DNA from: Pirellulales bacterium
GTDB taxonomy: Bacteria; Planctomycetota; Planctomycetia; Pirellulales; PALSA-1355
Assembly: GCA_963733035.1 (NCBI GenBank)
Contig: CAVTBU010000002.1
Location: 1 to 64,000 of the forward strand
DNA: 64,000 nt
Reading direction: 5' to 3'
Part shown: positions 30,892 to 41,242 of the stretch, piece after piece
Numbering within the stretch: position 1 is the first letter of the stretch
Layout of the letters: each line of letters opens with the position of its first letter
Made by a program: the position numbers and the translations under genes
Notes under the pieces: generated by a model
Told to the model about the DNA's origin: nothing
The model's input: only the letters and a program-made list of their open reading frames with translations
The model's database searches: none

Positions 30892-31254
30892 CTACTGGTC
30901 GACGAACGCCGTACCGACGAACTGACCGCCGCTCAGATACCAACCCTCACCACACGGCTGACACCACAGAATTCTGGTGCGGACTCGGATCGAGTAGCCT
31001 TTCTTACTCGGAATCGAGATTTCGACTTCGCCGGGCGTTAACTGCAGATTGTGAAACAATCCGACGCCCACCGTCGAGATTTCCCGAGTGAAAGCCACGC
31101 ACGGCGTGCCCGCGGGCACTTGCAGTACAATCTGGCGAAAGAATGGGTAGCGAGTTTCCGTACGACGGTCTTTGCGCACGTCTTGATGCGCTTCCACGAC
31201 CAGTTCGTGGATGCCCATTCCGGATCGCGGACGGTCTTGCAGCGTTGGTTCCAT
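30892..31254 (-). CDS. PilZ-domain protein
   Basis: RRTETRYPF (RxxxR), REISTVGVGL, RILWC..GGQF. Confidence 0.8.
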   Translation of the reverse strand: MEPTLQDRPRSGMGIHELVVEAHQDVRKDRRTETRYPFFRQIVLQVPAGTPCVAFTREISTVGVGLFHNLQLTPGEVEISIPSKKGYSIRVRTRILWCQPCGEGWYLSGGQFVGTAFVDQ

Positions 31255-31450
31255 AAATAGTCAGCCAATCAGAGATGCGACGCCATCGATGCATGGCCCG
31301 AATCGGCCGTGTTAAAAACATAGCTTGCGCCTGGAGTACGCCGGACGACTCATCCCTCGAACGCGAAATCGCGCCAACCCGCAGTCCAATCGTAGCAAAT
31401 GGACGGGTTGTTCGGGCCGCGCTAGCGCGACTCTGCTGACACGAAAGTGG

Positions 31451-32041
31451 CTAACTGCAGCCCCCGCATCCGCCGCAGCCTGATTCGCAACCGTCGGTAC
31501 CCACGTCGTTGGCAATGAGAATGTGGCCGGCAAGAAGCCGGGGCCAGCGAGGCTTTGGCAATCGCCAGTAGCGAACGCGCTCCACTTGCCGCGCCGCCAC
31601 GGGCCGGGCGAACCGCGTTTCGACGTCGGGCCAAATATCGGCCGGCGGCCACTGGTCAAACGCCGACCGGTAGCTGGCCAGCGTGTCGGCGTACATCCGC
31701 ACATGCTTGGCGTATTCCGCCGGCCCACCTTTCGACGGTTCGTGGTGCAGCGGCTGATCGAGCACCTCGCCACAGAACCGCTGCCAATACGAGCGGGTGT
31801 AAATCAAATGCAGGTGCCAGACTTGATCGACCGTCTCTGACGGGCAAACGGGATGTCCGGCCGTGCAGGCCAGCAAAACGAAGCGGCGATATTCATCGAT
31901 CGCCCGACCCGTGAAGCCGGCGGTCCATTGCGCTTCTTGAGCTAGCCGCTGCTCGAACGGCCGTGCGTCATCGGACAAGTTAAACTCAAAGTCACAAATT
32001 CGCCGAAACAGGACCGCTTGATGATGTTCCATGGGTGCCAC
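31451..32041 (-). CDS. glycine-rich-domain (GRDP/DUF1399-like) protein with Cys/Gly tail
   Basis: AIDEYRRFV..PSETVDQVWHLHLIYTRSY..LHHEP; ends GCESGCGGCGGCS. Confidence 0.8.
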   Translation of the reverse strand: MAPMEHHQAVLFRRICDFEFNLSDDARPFEQRLAQEAQWTAGFTGRAIDEYRRFVLLACTAGHPVCPSETVDQVWHLHLIYTRSYWQRFCGEVLDQPLHHEPSKGGPAEYAKHVRMYADTLASYRSAFDQWPPADIWPDVETRFARPVAARQVERVRYWRLPKPRWPRLLAGHILIANDVGTDGCESGCGGCGGCS

Positions 32042-32179
32042 AATTAGTGATGGACGTGATTCCCATGTTCATTATACGCACGCGCCGTGCGCCACGGCGG
32101 TTTGCTTCTCGTACGAACCAAATCTCTTTCCGGATAGCTGCCAGCATTTCCCATTCGATTCAATTCGCGCACTAACCTC

Positions 32180-32485
32180 CTATGGCAGGTCAGCATCAAA
32201 TATCCGCACGCCGGCCCAGCGTGGCTTGGTTTCTTCGATGAACTGCAAGTGTCGCGGATGGGTCTGGTACCGATCGTGGCTGGCGCGGTCGGCAAACACG
32301 ACGTGCAGGCCCACGTCAAACTCCTTGTCGTTCACCTCGCGATTGAGATCGGGCACGCGCGTTCCCACGGCGAAAAACGACACCCCCTCGTGACCGTCGA
32401 GGAATTTGTTGCAGGCGTCGACGTGTCGTTGAATGCTTTCGGGCGATTTATCCTTTAGAGTGAAATACACCATATGGGCCAACAT
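32180..32485 (-). CDS. Dabb (stress-responsive A/B barrel) protein
   Basis: MLAHMVYFTLKD..FDVGLHVVF..YQTHPRH..VRIFD. Confidence 0.9.
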   Translation of the reverse strand: MLAHMVYFTLKDKSPESIQRHVDACNKFLDGHEGVSFFAVGTRVPDLNREVNDKEFDVGLHVVFADRASHDRYQTHPRHLQFIEETKPRWAGVRIFDADLP

Positions 32486-32590
32486 TGAATTCGTTTTCCG
32501 CCGTAGCGGCCTCCTGGTAGAGTAGGTCTTGGTTCCAAGGTCGGAACGCGAGAATACCACCCTCCTCCGGTCCTCACAAGGATCCCAGCC

Positions 32591-34057
32591 ATGCGATACG
32601 ACGCTCACCTCCCGCTGCTGTTTGCCCCGCTCATGCTCGTCACGTCCTCCCTCCCCACTGACGCCCTGGGCGAAGAACTACCTCGCGTGGTCCGAGATAC
32701 TTTTTCCGCGGCACCTGATTGGGAGGGCTTTCGCAATCGGCTCCGACCCGAACATCCAAGTATTGTGCGACAAGACTTTGGCTACCGCGGCACGAACAAC
32801 GCGGGAGGTCGCGCAGCTGGCGAGATCGGCGGCACCGTGCAGCGGTCTCCCTCCCCGGCTTTCTACGCGCTGAAGATCAGGCCCAAATCACTGGACGATC
32901 GACTGAGCGCTTCGGGCGTCGTGTCCGTGCCAAAGGCGGGAGGAGGCAGCGGCGTGATGATCGGCTGGTTCGGAGCTCCCCCGCCGTCCTGGCGGACGCC
33001 CAATTCGCTGGCCTTCCGCATCGACGGCAATGGCGGCAAGTTCTGGATGTTCTACGAATACGGCACGTCCAAGTGGCGCACCGGCGGCGGTGGCGCGTTC
33101 GCGGGAGAACAGTATCAGCGGACCTCCACCCTCCCCTTTCCCGCCGACGGCAAACCGCATCAATGGTCGCTCGACTACGATCCGGCCGGTGCCAGTGGTC
33201 GCGGTCTGGTCACCTTTCAGGTCGACGACCGCAAATACGCACTGGCCCTCGGCAAAGAACATCGCCAGGACGGCGCCGTGCTCGACCACTTTGGCATTTG
33301 GAATGTGCAAACACCCGGCGATCAACTCGAAGTCTATCTCGATGATCTCGTAGTCGATGGACGGAAACTATCATTCGACGAGAATCCCGATTGGGATGCC
33401 ATGGGCAACGACGTGGAGTTCGCGGAGCGATTGATTCGCCCCTATCATGACTTTGGATTTAGCCCCACCAGCCATGCCGGAGGCGCGCCGGGCGAGATCG
33501 GCGGCATTGTTTTTCGCGACGAACAACCGACCTATTATGCCGCAAGAGTGGGGCGCCTGACGCTCGACGACGAATTGCAAGCGTCGGGTAAGTTGGCCCT
33601 GCGAATGGCCGCTAGTGACAGCGGTGTCTACCTCGGTTGGTTTAACGCCGAAAGTAAACAGTCCAAATCCACGCCCGACTACGAATCGCCGCAGAACAAT
33701 TTTCTAGGCGTACTGATCGAAGGCCCTAGTCGCGCCGGACACTACTTTCGGCCCGCCTACGGCTGTAGCGCGGGGCGCGGACAGATCGCGGGCGAAAAAT
33801 CCGCTTCGGGCGAGTCTTGGCCCGTGATTTTTCCCAACGGAGCGTCCCACGCCTGGGCCCTGCACTATCGACCCGAGGCGGCGGGCGCTGGCGGCCAAAT
33901 CGAAATCACATTCGACGGACACACCGACGTGCTCGACCTCAAGCCGGGCGACCGTGCCGCCGGCGCGATGTTCAACCGTTTTGGCATTTTCAATATGCAG
34001 TCGGGGGGCCACGGCGTTGATATCTATCTGGACGACGTCTCTTACACGCGGCGTTAG
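32591..34057 (+). CDS. secreted hypothetical protein with internal domain duplication
   Basis: DFG..AGG..GEIGG and FGI.N.Q..YLDD each occur twice. Confidence 0.8.
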   Translation: MRYDAHLPLLFAPLMLVTSSLPTDALGEELPRVVRDTFSAAPDWEGFRNRLRPEHPSIVRQDFGYRGTNNAGGRAAGEIGGTVQRSPSPAFYALKIRPKSLDDRLSASGVVSVPKAGGGSGVMIGWFGAPPPSWRTPNSLAFRIDGNGGKFWMFYEYGTSKWRTGGGGAFAGEQYQRTSTLPFPADGKPHQWSLDYDPAGASGRGLVTFQVDDRKYALALGKEHRQDGAVLDHFGIWNVQTPGDQLEVYLDDLVVDGRKLSFDENPDWDAMGNDVEFAERLIRPYHDFGFSPTSHAGGAPGEIGGIVFRDEQPTYYAARVGRLTLDDELQASGKLALRMAASDSGVYLGWFNAESKQSKSTPDYESPQNNFLGVLIEGPSRAGHYFRPAYGCSAGRGQIAGEKSASGESWPVIFPNGASHAWALHYRPEAAGAGGQIEITFDGHTDVLDLKPGDRAAGAMFNRFGIFNMQSGGHGVDIYLDDVSYTRR

Positions 34058-34110
34058 GCCATCATCCTGTAGTGCAACGTCTCGAAGCAGCGACCCACCG
34101 CGACCGCGAT

Positions 34111-36474
34111 CTACAAATCGCTTCCATTCGGTTTGGAAACCTCGTCCGACAAGTCCGCACCACGAGTTTGGTCGCCCGTGGGTGGAAACACGCGTATCGT
34201 CCAACTACTCGCGAGGTCCAGTGGCGTGGGTGGACGCTCGTGCAATTGAGTGAGCACTTGCTGCGCTTCCGCCGCAATGACCGGGTCTGCCGAGGTGGCT
34301 AGCCGTTGCAATTCCGCAACCGCGGCCTCGCCCAATCGATACAACGACGCCTGTGCAGCCTCGCGAACTTGACCATCTCGATGCGCGAGTAAATCTGCGA
34401 CCTGAGACACCAAAGTGGGAAACGGGGCGATTGTCGCCTCGCTGTTGGGCAAGCCAACCAGGCTTCGCTTGACGCCGCCGACCAATGCCAGCGCGGAAAT
34501 CACCTCCGCCGAGCTACCGGAGGCCAGGCCATCGTGCAGGGAGCTTGCCAGGACGGGTGATTCATGGGCAATGGCAGCTGCACCGATGCGAGCGGCTACT
34601 CGAACCCTTGGATCTTCATCCTGGAGAGCGTCGAGGTAATGGGGCGCCCAGTCTCGCGCCTGCCAATTTGCGACCGGCAGCATGCACAGTGCAAAGAGCC
34701 GTTGGTTCGCGTTGTCGGAGTGCAAGGACTCTTGCAGCAGCCGTGTCGTTGCCTGTCGCGGAAATCGATCAATCGCGGACACCGCCGCCAACTTGAGTTG
34801 ACCGATCGGACCTTCGTCGAAGGTTGCGATCGAGTAGTCTCGCATCAGCTGGATCAGTTCGCCAATCGCCTCCATTTCATAACCTTCGAGTGCAAACGCG
34901 GGGAGGCTCTCGATCGCCTCGCGGCGCACGAGCGGGTCGGAGTTCGATGCGATAAGTTCCTTCCACTGCTCGAAGGTCTTGCCGCTGTAACGGAATCGCC
35001 CACGCTCCTCGTCTGACGCGCCGGGCATTGCGGCTCGCGGCACCGCCGGTGCGTCGACCATGCCTGCGTTGCGGTTGAACGCCCGCACTTGCTGACGCTG
35101 AAACTCGGTCCAGTGGTAATCTCGAATCGCTTGCAATGCCGCGTCGCGTTGCACTCCGGCCTCGGCACTGGCTTGCAGGCGAGCTAAAATCGCGTTAGCC
35201 CAAATCGGATTCAGTTCCGTCCCCGCTCGTTTCGTCAGTTCGCCGACCGTCAACTCGTCCAGTGACGCGACGTCGAACGCAGTCGACGCAGGCAGTGCGG
35301 TCAGGCCCCGTGCGTCGATCGCGGCTGTCGAATTTGCAGTACGATCGAATGCGGCCGCTTGCTCGGCAAACATTGAATCCTGAGGTGCCAGGGGCGCTGT
35401 TTCGCGCGCCACCAGTCTCACCCTGACCGAGGCCAACAGCAGGACGCACGCGGCGGCCAACAGCAAGCCGTTCTTTTTCCAAGGGGAATCGTCGCTGTGA
35501 TGTAGTTCAAGTACGCGCCGAATACGGGCGGCCAGCGGGCGGCCACGCCCGGCACTGCTCAGGTGCATTCGGCTACTAACCAATTCCCCTAGTCGAACCA
35601 GGGTGTTGGCGTAGACGGTGGGCTGGCTACCGCCAGCCTCGCGGTCGCAGGCCCACTCGGCCGCCTCATCGAATCGACGAACGGCCAGCCAGGAAACCGG
35701 ATTGAACCAATGCGGCAGTGCTAGCAAGCGAACGGCCAGCGACTTCCACACATCGCCCCGCTGCCAGTGTGCCAACTCGTGTCGTAAGATAGCCTCTCGC
35801 TGCCGTGCGTCGAGCGTTTTCCACAGACTCGCCGGCACAAACAGTTCGTATCCTCGCGGAAGCCGGCAAAGTAGCGGCCCCGTGCTCTCCGTGACTCGCA
35901 GGCGCACCCAATCTCCCCGGCCCCCCTCCGCAAGCAGCGCGTGCCACTGGTCGCGCCAGGCGCTATCCGCGGAAATCTCAGGCGGCAAATGCGTAACAAA
36001 CCATGCATAGCCGACGACCATCGACGCGGCCACGACCGCCAGGCCGCCGATCCACGTCATCCATGCGAAGTTGCGCCACGCGAAGTTCGCCACGGCCGTC
36101 TCGACCGGCTTGGGTGCCGCCCCAACGGATTCCCCGGCGAGTGATTGCCCACTTGCCTGCCATCCGTGATTGTGCACCGTGGCGGTTTGATCGTTGCTCG
36201 TGACCGTCGCGCTCGTCGACCAGCTTGAGTGGGTCTCGGCCGCTCGCAAGTCAGGCGTCGCGATGCGTGACGGCGGATCGAGCCAGGGGACATCGAGTGA
36301 GAGGCCGTAGAGCGTCCAGCCGGCCAGCAACACGGCGCACCAAACCATGCGGTGCAATCGCGGCGATCGTATGCGCGCAACGCGCAACGCGACCCCCGCA
36401 AGCAGTCCGACAGCGGTCATCCACAACGTGGCCCGTCCGATCTCTTCCAGCAACGAGGACTCGAAGTGATGCAT
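34111..36474 (-). CDS. full-length M56 (BlaR1-like) protease with HEAT-repeat C-terminus
   Basis: HELAHWQRGD, HWFNP, EWACD, YANTLVRL..LAARIRRVL..PWKK+TM, then HEAT-like repeats. Confidence 0.9.
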   Translation of the reverse strand: MHHFESSLLEEIGRATLWMTAVGLLAGVALRVARIRSPRLHRMVWCAVLLAGWTLYGLSLDVPWLDPPSRIATPDLRAAETHSSWSTSATVTSNDQTATVHNHGWQASGQSLAGESVGAAPKPVETAVANFAWRNFAWMTWIGGLAVVAASMVVGYAWFVTHLPPEISADSAWRDQWHALLAEGGRGDWVRLRVTESTGPLLCRLPRGYELFVPASLWKTLDARQREAILRHELAHWQRGDVWKSLAVRLLALPHWFNPVSWLAVRRFDEAAEWACDREAGGSQPTVYANTLVRLGELVSSRMHLSSAGRGRPLAARIRRVLELHHSDDSPWKKNGLLLAAACVLLLASVRVRLVARETAPLAPQDSMFAEQAAAFDRTANSTAAIDARGLTALPASTAFDVASLDELTVGELTKRAGTELNPIWANAILARLQASAEAGVQRDAALQAIRDYHWTEFQRQQVRAFNRNAGMVDAPAVPRAAMPGASDEERGRFRYSGKTFEQWKELIASNSDPLVRREAIESLPAFALEGYEMEAIGELIQLMRDYSIATFDEGPIGQLKLAAVSAIDRFPRQATTRLLQESLHSDNANQRLFALCMLPVANWQARDWAPHYLDALQDEDPRVRVAARIGAAAIAHESPVLASSLHDGLASGSSAEVISALALVGGVKRSLVGLPNSEATIAPFPTLVSQVADLLAHRDGQVREAAQASLYRLGEAAVAELQRLATSADPVIAAEAQQVLTQLHERPPTPLDLASSWTIRVFPPTGDQTRGADLSDEVSKPNGSDL

Positions 36475-36495
36475 GGGGGCCTCTTCCCTCGGGGG

Positions 36496-36888
36496 TCACT
36501 TCTTCGACTTCGACTGACGCTCCACGTCGGCAATGATTTTTTTTAGTTCCGAGATCTCGTCCGCTGACAGAGTCCAGTCCCGCACCAGATGCGCGACCAG
36601 CGGCACGACGCTGCCGCCTGAGATTCGTTCGACTAGCAAGCTTAAATGACCTGCGCTTACTTCAGACGGTTCGATGGCGGCCGAATATTGGGCCGGACGC
36701 TCCGAGGTGCGGGCCACCAGTTTCTTTTCCACCAGGCGATTCAACCGTGTCTGAATCGTCGTGTAACCGATGGCGCGGCCCATTTTCGCCTGGGCTCCCG
36801 AGAGCGTGACCGGCCCATGGTTCCAGAGCATTTGCAAGATTTCCATTTCACCGGCCGACAATCGGCGCGGCTTCCGACGCTTCCGCAT
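36496..36888 (-). CDS. BlaI/MecI/CopY-family repressor
   Basis: LSAGEMEILQMLW..YTTIQTRLNRLVEKK..GGSVVPLVAHL. Confidence 0.92.
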   Translation of the reverse strand: MRKRRKPRRLSAGEMEILQMLWNHGPVTLSGAQAKMGRAIGYTTIQTRLNRLVEKKLVARTSERPAQYSAAIEPSEVSAGHLSLLVERISGGSVVPLVAHLVRDWTLSADEISELKKIIADVERQSKSKK

Positions 36889-36932
36889 GCGGTTTCTCCC
36901 TTACGCGAGCCCTTGCGGGGGCAGTTTTCATG

Positions 36933-36950
36933 ATACTACTAGAGTAGTAT
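36933..36950 (-). promoter_or_regulatory. operator dyad upstream of second blaI-like gene
   Basis: ATACTACT-AG-AGTAGTAT, lying within TTGCGT-16-TATCAT on the minus strand. Confidence 0.75.
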
Positions 36951-37082
36951 GACGCAAGCCAAAACGTAACCGATTTGGCCAACACAAAATACCCGGCGGA
37001 AGAGGAATCGTCTCCCCCGCCATCCGCTGCCCGCCAGACCCACCTTCCCGCCATCCCGTAACCGGCTATACTTGAAGCACTT

Positions 37083-37156
37083 GCGCCCGTAGCTCAATCG
37101 GATAGAGCAGCGGACTTCTAATCCGCAGGTTGCAGGTTCGATTCCTGCCGGGCGTA
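37083..37156 (+). tRNA. tRNA-Arg(TCT)
   Basis: Full cloverleaf: GCGCCCG..AGCTCAATCGGATAGAGC..GCGGA-CTTCTAA-TCCGC..GGTTCGATTCC..CGGGCGTA; CCA not encoded; TATACT upstream. Confidence 0.96.
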
Positions 37157-37850
37157 TTTGCGTGGCTTCGACCTGTCGGATTCATAGCAAGACAAGGATC
37201 GTTGTTGCCAGCAACTCCGTGTCATTGTCGGTTCGTCGATGCGACAGTTGGCTACCTGTACTGACACTACGTTCTCCGCTTTGGACAGGGCTCGACTCGC
37301 AATCCCGCGGGCAGTCTTGACGGAGACGTCCTCATGAAGCGCGTTGAAGAGTTCGACGGGCTGGTGCGTCCCATGGGTGCCACATAAGAATGGCGGCGTA
37401 ACTCATTATTTTGCGAGCCGTGCGGAGCTGCGCTCCGCACTTGTTGAGTTTAAAAAATGCCGTCGTGTGCACGATCGCATTTTTCAACAGGCCGTTAGGC
37501 CTGCGACGTGCTTTGGCGGGTTGCGGCCGGTGTGGCGGTCCCCAATCAGGTGACGGCCAATGTACTGGTTCGCAATCGCATAGTACGCGCTTTCCCGAAT
37601 CCAAACTGCACTCGAATCTCGCGGTTCCGCCAGCCAATCAAATTCACGAGATTCCGCAAGCTGGGTGACCCGGCCGAAGCAGCGGGCTTCACTCGCGCGC
37701 GTTCAGCATCCGCAAGGTCGCCCTCGCATCGCCAGCACGGATGCGGCAACTTTGTTTCCTGCCTTCCCGTCTGCTAAACTCGGAAAAGAGGTCTCGTCGG
37801 CGACCGGCCGGTCTCCCCATGTCACACACCCGATACAACGTAGACGAGCG

Positions 37851-39416
37851 ATGTCGACCGAGGCGGAGCTATTGCAAACGGCGGCCCATTTGCACCAGGC
37901 GGGGCAATTGTCGCAGGCCGAGCAAATCTATCGCCAGATCCTCCACACCCATCCTTGGCAATCCGACGCGCTGCACCTGCTGGGCCTGGTAGCCCTGCAA
38001 AGGGGCCGGCCCAAGTCCGCCATCGAATACCTATCTGCCGCGCTGGTCCCCCAGCCGGCACATCCCAATTACTACAACAGTCTCGGCAGTGCTTTGCGGG
38101 CTATCGGCCGCCTGTCCGAGGCGCAAATCTGTTTCGAGCGGGCGGTTGGGCTATCGCCGGACCACGCTTTGGCACACGACAACCTCGCCCGCGTGCTGCG
38201 ATCACAAAACAAGCCGGAGGAAAGTCTCGCCGGGTTGCAAGCGACGTTGGCCCGCGAACCCGATTGCGTCGAGGCGCTTTCGCAACTCGGCGTCGCGCTC
38301 GCGTCGCTCGAGCGATTTGACGAAGGAATCGAGCTACTGGAAAAAGCCGTGCGGTTGGACGAGCAGTCGGCGCAAGCGTTCTCGAACCTGGGTGGCGCGT
38401 ACGCGGCGTCCAAGAATTGGGACCGCGCGGCGCAATGCTTTCGAGAGGCCCTGCGGCGAAATCCCGAATTGGTCGACGCAAGCTGCCGTCTGGCCAGCGT
38501 GCTGCGGCACCAAGGAAAAACAGATGCGGCGGCGGCGACGCTCGAAGAAACGATCCACCTCCATCCGAATCACGTCGAAACGCTGCTCAACTACGCCAGC
38601 CTGTTGGAAAGCCAGGGCCGCGCCGCGGAGTCTCTCGAATGGGCTCAACGAGCATTGCGCATGGAGCCCGGTTCCGCCCGCGCGCGTTTTGAGCGCGCCA
38701 AGGCCTTGCTGGGCTTGAAACGGTCCGACGAAGCACGGCGCGAATTTCGCGAGGCGATCCGCTATGTGCGAATTAATTCGCAGACGCAGCCCAACCTGAT
38801 GATGTTCTGTCTCAACGCCTCGCACGAGCGTAAGTGCCTCTTCGTGCACGTTCCCAAAAACGGGGGCACCAGCATCAAGCGAGCCCTCGACATGCCCGCT
38901 GGAGGTCATCTTCCCTGGACCGAATACGCCGCCCATTTTCCGTGGATTTGGCGGAACTACACGAGCTTTGCCGTGGTTCGCAACCCTTGGGATCGATTCG
39001 TGTCGGCCTATCATCACTCCAGGATGGAGTCGACTCCGTGGCACAACGAGCAAACCGGCAAATTGCACCCCGACTATCTCTTGCTGCGGGACAAGTCCCT
39101 GGCCGAATGCGCGTTGATGCTGTGGCGTGAGCCCGACCGGCTGAAACACGAAGCGTGGCAGCCGCAATCCCTATTCGTCGTCGATTCGGAGTCGCCCGAC
39201 AAGCGAATCGTCGTGGACGCATTGCTACGCTTCGAGCACCTCGCTGAAGATTTTTCCGAGTTCTGCCGTAAGCTGGGCATTCAACAGGCGAACTTGCCGA
39301 AGGTAAATCCCTCCGTTCGGTCGCACGACTATCGAGCGTACTACGACGAGCAGACTAGACGAATCATCGAGCAGGTTTATCAGGTCGATATCCAACGATT
39401 CGGCTATTCCTTTTGA
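37851..39416 (+). CDS. TPR-repeat protein with C-terminal sulfotransferase-2 domain
   Basis: Multiple TPRs; FVHVPKNGGTSI and VRNPWDRFVSAY PAPS-binding motifs. Confidence 0.88.
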   Translation: MSTEAELLQTAAHLHQAGQLSQAEQIYRQILHTHPWQSDALHLLGLVALQRGRPKSAIEYLSAALVPQPAHPNYYNSLGSALRAIGRLSEAQICFERAVGLSPDHALAHDNLARVLRSQNKPEESLAGLQATLAREPDCVEALSQLGVALASLERFDEGIELLEKAVRLDEQSAQAFSNLGGAYAASKNWDRAAQCFREALRRNPELVDASCRLASVLRHQGKTDAAAATLEETIHLHPNHVETLLNYASLLESQGRAAESLEWAQRALRMEPGSARARFERAKALLGLKRSDEARREFREAIRYVRINSQTQPNLMMFCLNASHERKCLFVHVPKNGGTSIKRALDMPAGGHLPWTEYAAHFPWIWRNYTSFAVVRNPWDRFVSAYHHSRMESTPWHNEQTGKLHPDYLLLRDKSLAECALMLWREPDRLKHEAWQPQSLFVVDSESPDKRIVVDALLRFEHLAEDFSEFCRKLGIQQANLPKVNPSVRSHDYRAYYDEQTRRIIEQVYQVDIQRFGYSF

Positions 39417-39618
39417 GCCTTCCCGGAAGGCCACGCGCGGAACGAGTCAACTGAGGCGAACGTGCATACGGAGCCGCGGCATGCTGCTATCCAGGTTCGA
39501 AAGGTGCAATCCCACGCGCCGGCGGGTTTGCGCGTGTTCCTACATTCCTTTTTGATGTACTCGACTTGGATTTGGTAGGCCACGCGTGACGGCGGCTTGC
39601 ACGCCTAACCGAACCGGC

Positions 39619-40998
39619 TCACCGACCAGTCAGGATCTCGATGCCTTTCTCCAGGGCCGCATCACGGCCATCTTTTAAGTCCTTCTCCGGGAACACCCGT
39701 GCCTGCACATGTGGCGGAATGCCGGAGCCGTCGAATGCCTTGCCGTCTTTAGTAAGGAAGATTTCATTGGGCAGGGCGAATCGAAAACCGTTGGGCAATT
39801 GTCTAGCGAGCTCGTCGGAGAAAACGCCTTGCGTGTTCTCTCCCACTCGCGTCACTCGTGGAGTCCTTCCCATCAGGGCCATCGTGAACGTTTCGCCCGC
39901 GCTCACCGTGTTGCTGCCCGTCAACAGCACGACGCTTCCATGAAAATGCGGCCTTGCGCTTGCTCGAACTTGCGTTTCTTGTAAGTCCGTGAAGTGACTT
40001 GCATCGGCCGGGTCATTGCGCGCTTTTTTGGCGAAGGCCAGGTAATCGTGGGTAGTGAGCCTCGCGGCAACAGCCACGCCGAGGACATCCGAACCGCCAT
40101 AATTGATACGCACATCGATAACCAAGCCCTCGAGCTCCTGGGCATTGGTGAAGACTTCATCAAGCGCCTTTTCGAGCGTGAGAAGCTGATTCTCAAAACC
40201 ACCTGGCGCATAGTCTCCGAAGCCCGTAATTCGCAGATAGCCGACTTTGCCGGGCAATTCGCCGTAGCCCAGTTGGCCGTTGCACCAAGTCTTGAGTTTA
40301 TGGTGTGTATAGTTGTTCTCGATGATCTCCACGATTCTTCGATGTGTGGCATCATCGATTCGTTCCGTGTTTGCCCGTCTGCCGCGAAATCGCTGTCGCT
40401 CCGATGCATCCGAGATGTGAGTATGGGCGTCATGCAGCGGTTTAATCATTGCCTTGAGCACGCCGAACAACTCGTCTGAGGTCGAATCGCTCGTAATCTG
40501 GGCTCGATACTTGTCCCGGACTTCTCGCCAGTTAACGCCGTGCATCTCAAAGAAAGGATAATGCTCATCGAATGTCGTCCAAAAGACGTCAAAGTTATTG
40601 AGCGGATCGTCAACGGTTGGTTTCGCGCAAACGGCCGGCGGTCCGTCGATTCGGCTGAAGCGAATGCTGGAAGCCTTACCCTGGGGCAGCATCAACTTGC
40701 GGTCGGCTGAATCACCCGGCTTGACCGAAACAACAACGTCTGGGCCTGAGGAGAAAACCGCCTCGGCGCCTTCCAACGTCATTACTTGCCGCTTGGCGGC
40801 AAAAGATGGCACGCAGCTGATCGCGGTCGTCTCCGACACGTCAATCTCGTCCCCGCTGATATGCAGCAAAAGACCGTAGCCCTCAGAAACCCACCAGCCG
40901 TCGAGCGAATCGGCGGCCGCGGCGATCGGAAATCCGCCGACGAGCGAGCTGAGCAGGATACAGGCGATGACCGCTCGAAACCATTGAAGGGGTGACAT
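39619..40998 (-). CDS. S41-family peptidase, secreted
   Basis: FDEHYPFF, LHDAH, IDVRINYGG, TVSAGETF, GENTQG. Confidence 0.9.
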   Translation of the reverse strand: MSPLQWFRAVIACILLSSLVGGFPIAAAADSLDGWWVSEGYGLLLHISGDEIDVSETTAISCVPSFAAKRQVMTLEGAEAVFSSGPDVVVSVKPGDSADRKLMLPQGKASSIRFSRIDGPPAVCAKPTVDDPLNNFDVFWTTFDEHYPFFEMHGVNWREVRDKYRAQITSDSTSDELFGVLKAMIKPLHDAHTHISDASERQRFRGRRANTERIDDATHRRIVEIIENNYTHHKLKTWCNGQLGYGELPGKVGYLRITGFGDYAPGGFENQLLTLEKALDEVFTNAQELEGLVIDVRINYGGSDVLGVAVAARLTTHDYLAFAKKARNDPADASHFTDLQETQVRASARPHFHGSVVLLTGSNTVSAGETFTMALMGRTPRVTRVGENTQGVFSDELARQLPNGFRFALPNEIFLTKDGKAFDGSGIPPHVQARVFPEKDLKDGRDAALEKGIEILTGR

Positions 40999-41242
40999 TG
41001 GGAGGTTCTCGGCAGTGGGAGAGGCGTGGAGCTTTACGCGCGGCAGATTTGGCGGGGAAGCTATGGAATGTGCGATCGCACCGGAAACGTCACAGCCGAA
41101 CCCAGCTGGCCGCTTTCGGTACCTAGGTTCACTGAGTATCATTCGGCAGCGACGGTAGATTATTGGCCGTCGCCTGATTTCTCGTAGAGATTCATACGCC
41201 ACATGTTGCCGCGCTCCGTCGACCGCCTCGTACGGCCTGGGG

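Noticed and set aside
37083..37156. Functional link between tRNA-Arg(TCT) and the AGG-AGA codons of the modules
   Set aside because: Proximity only; the codons are explained by their RBS role
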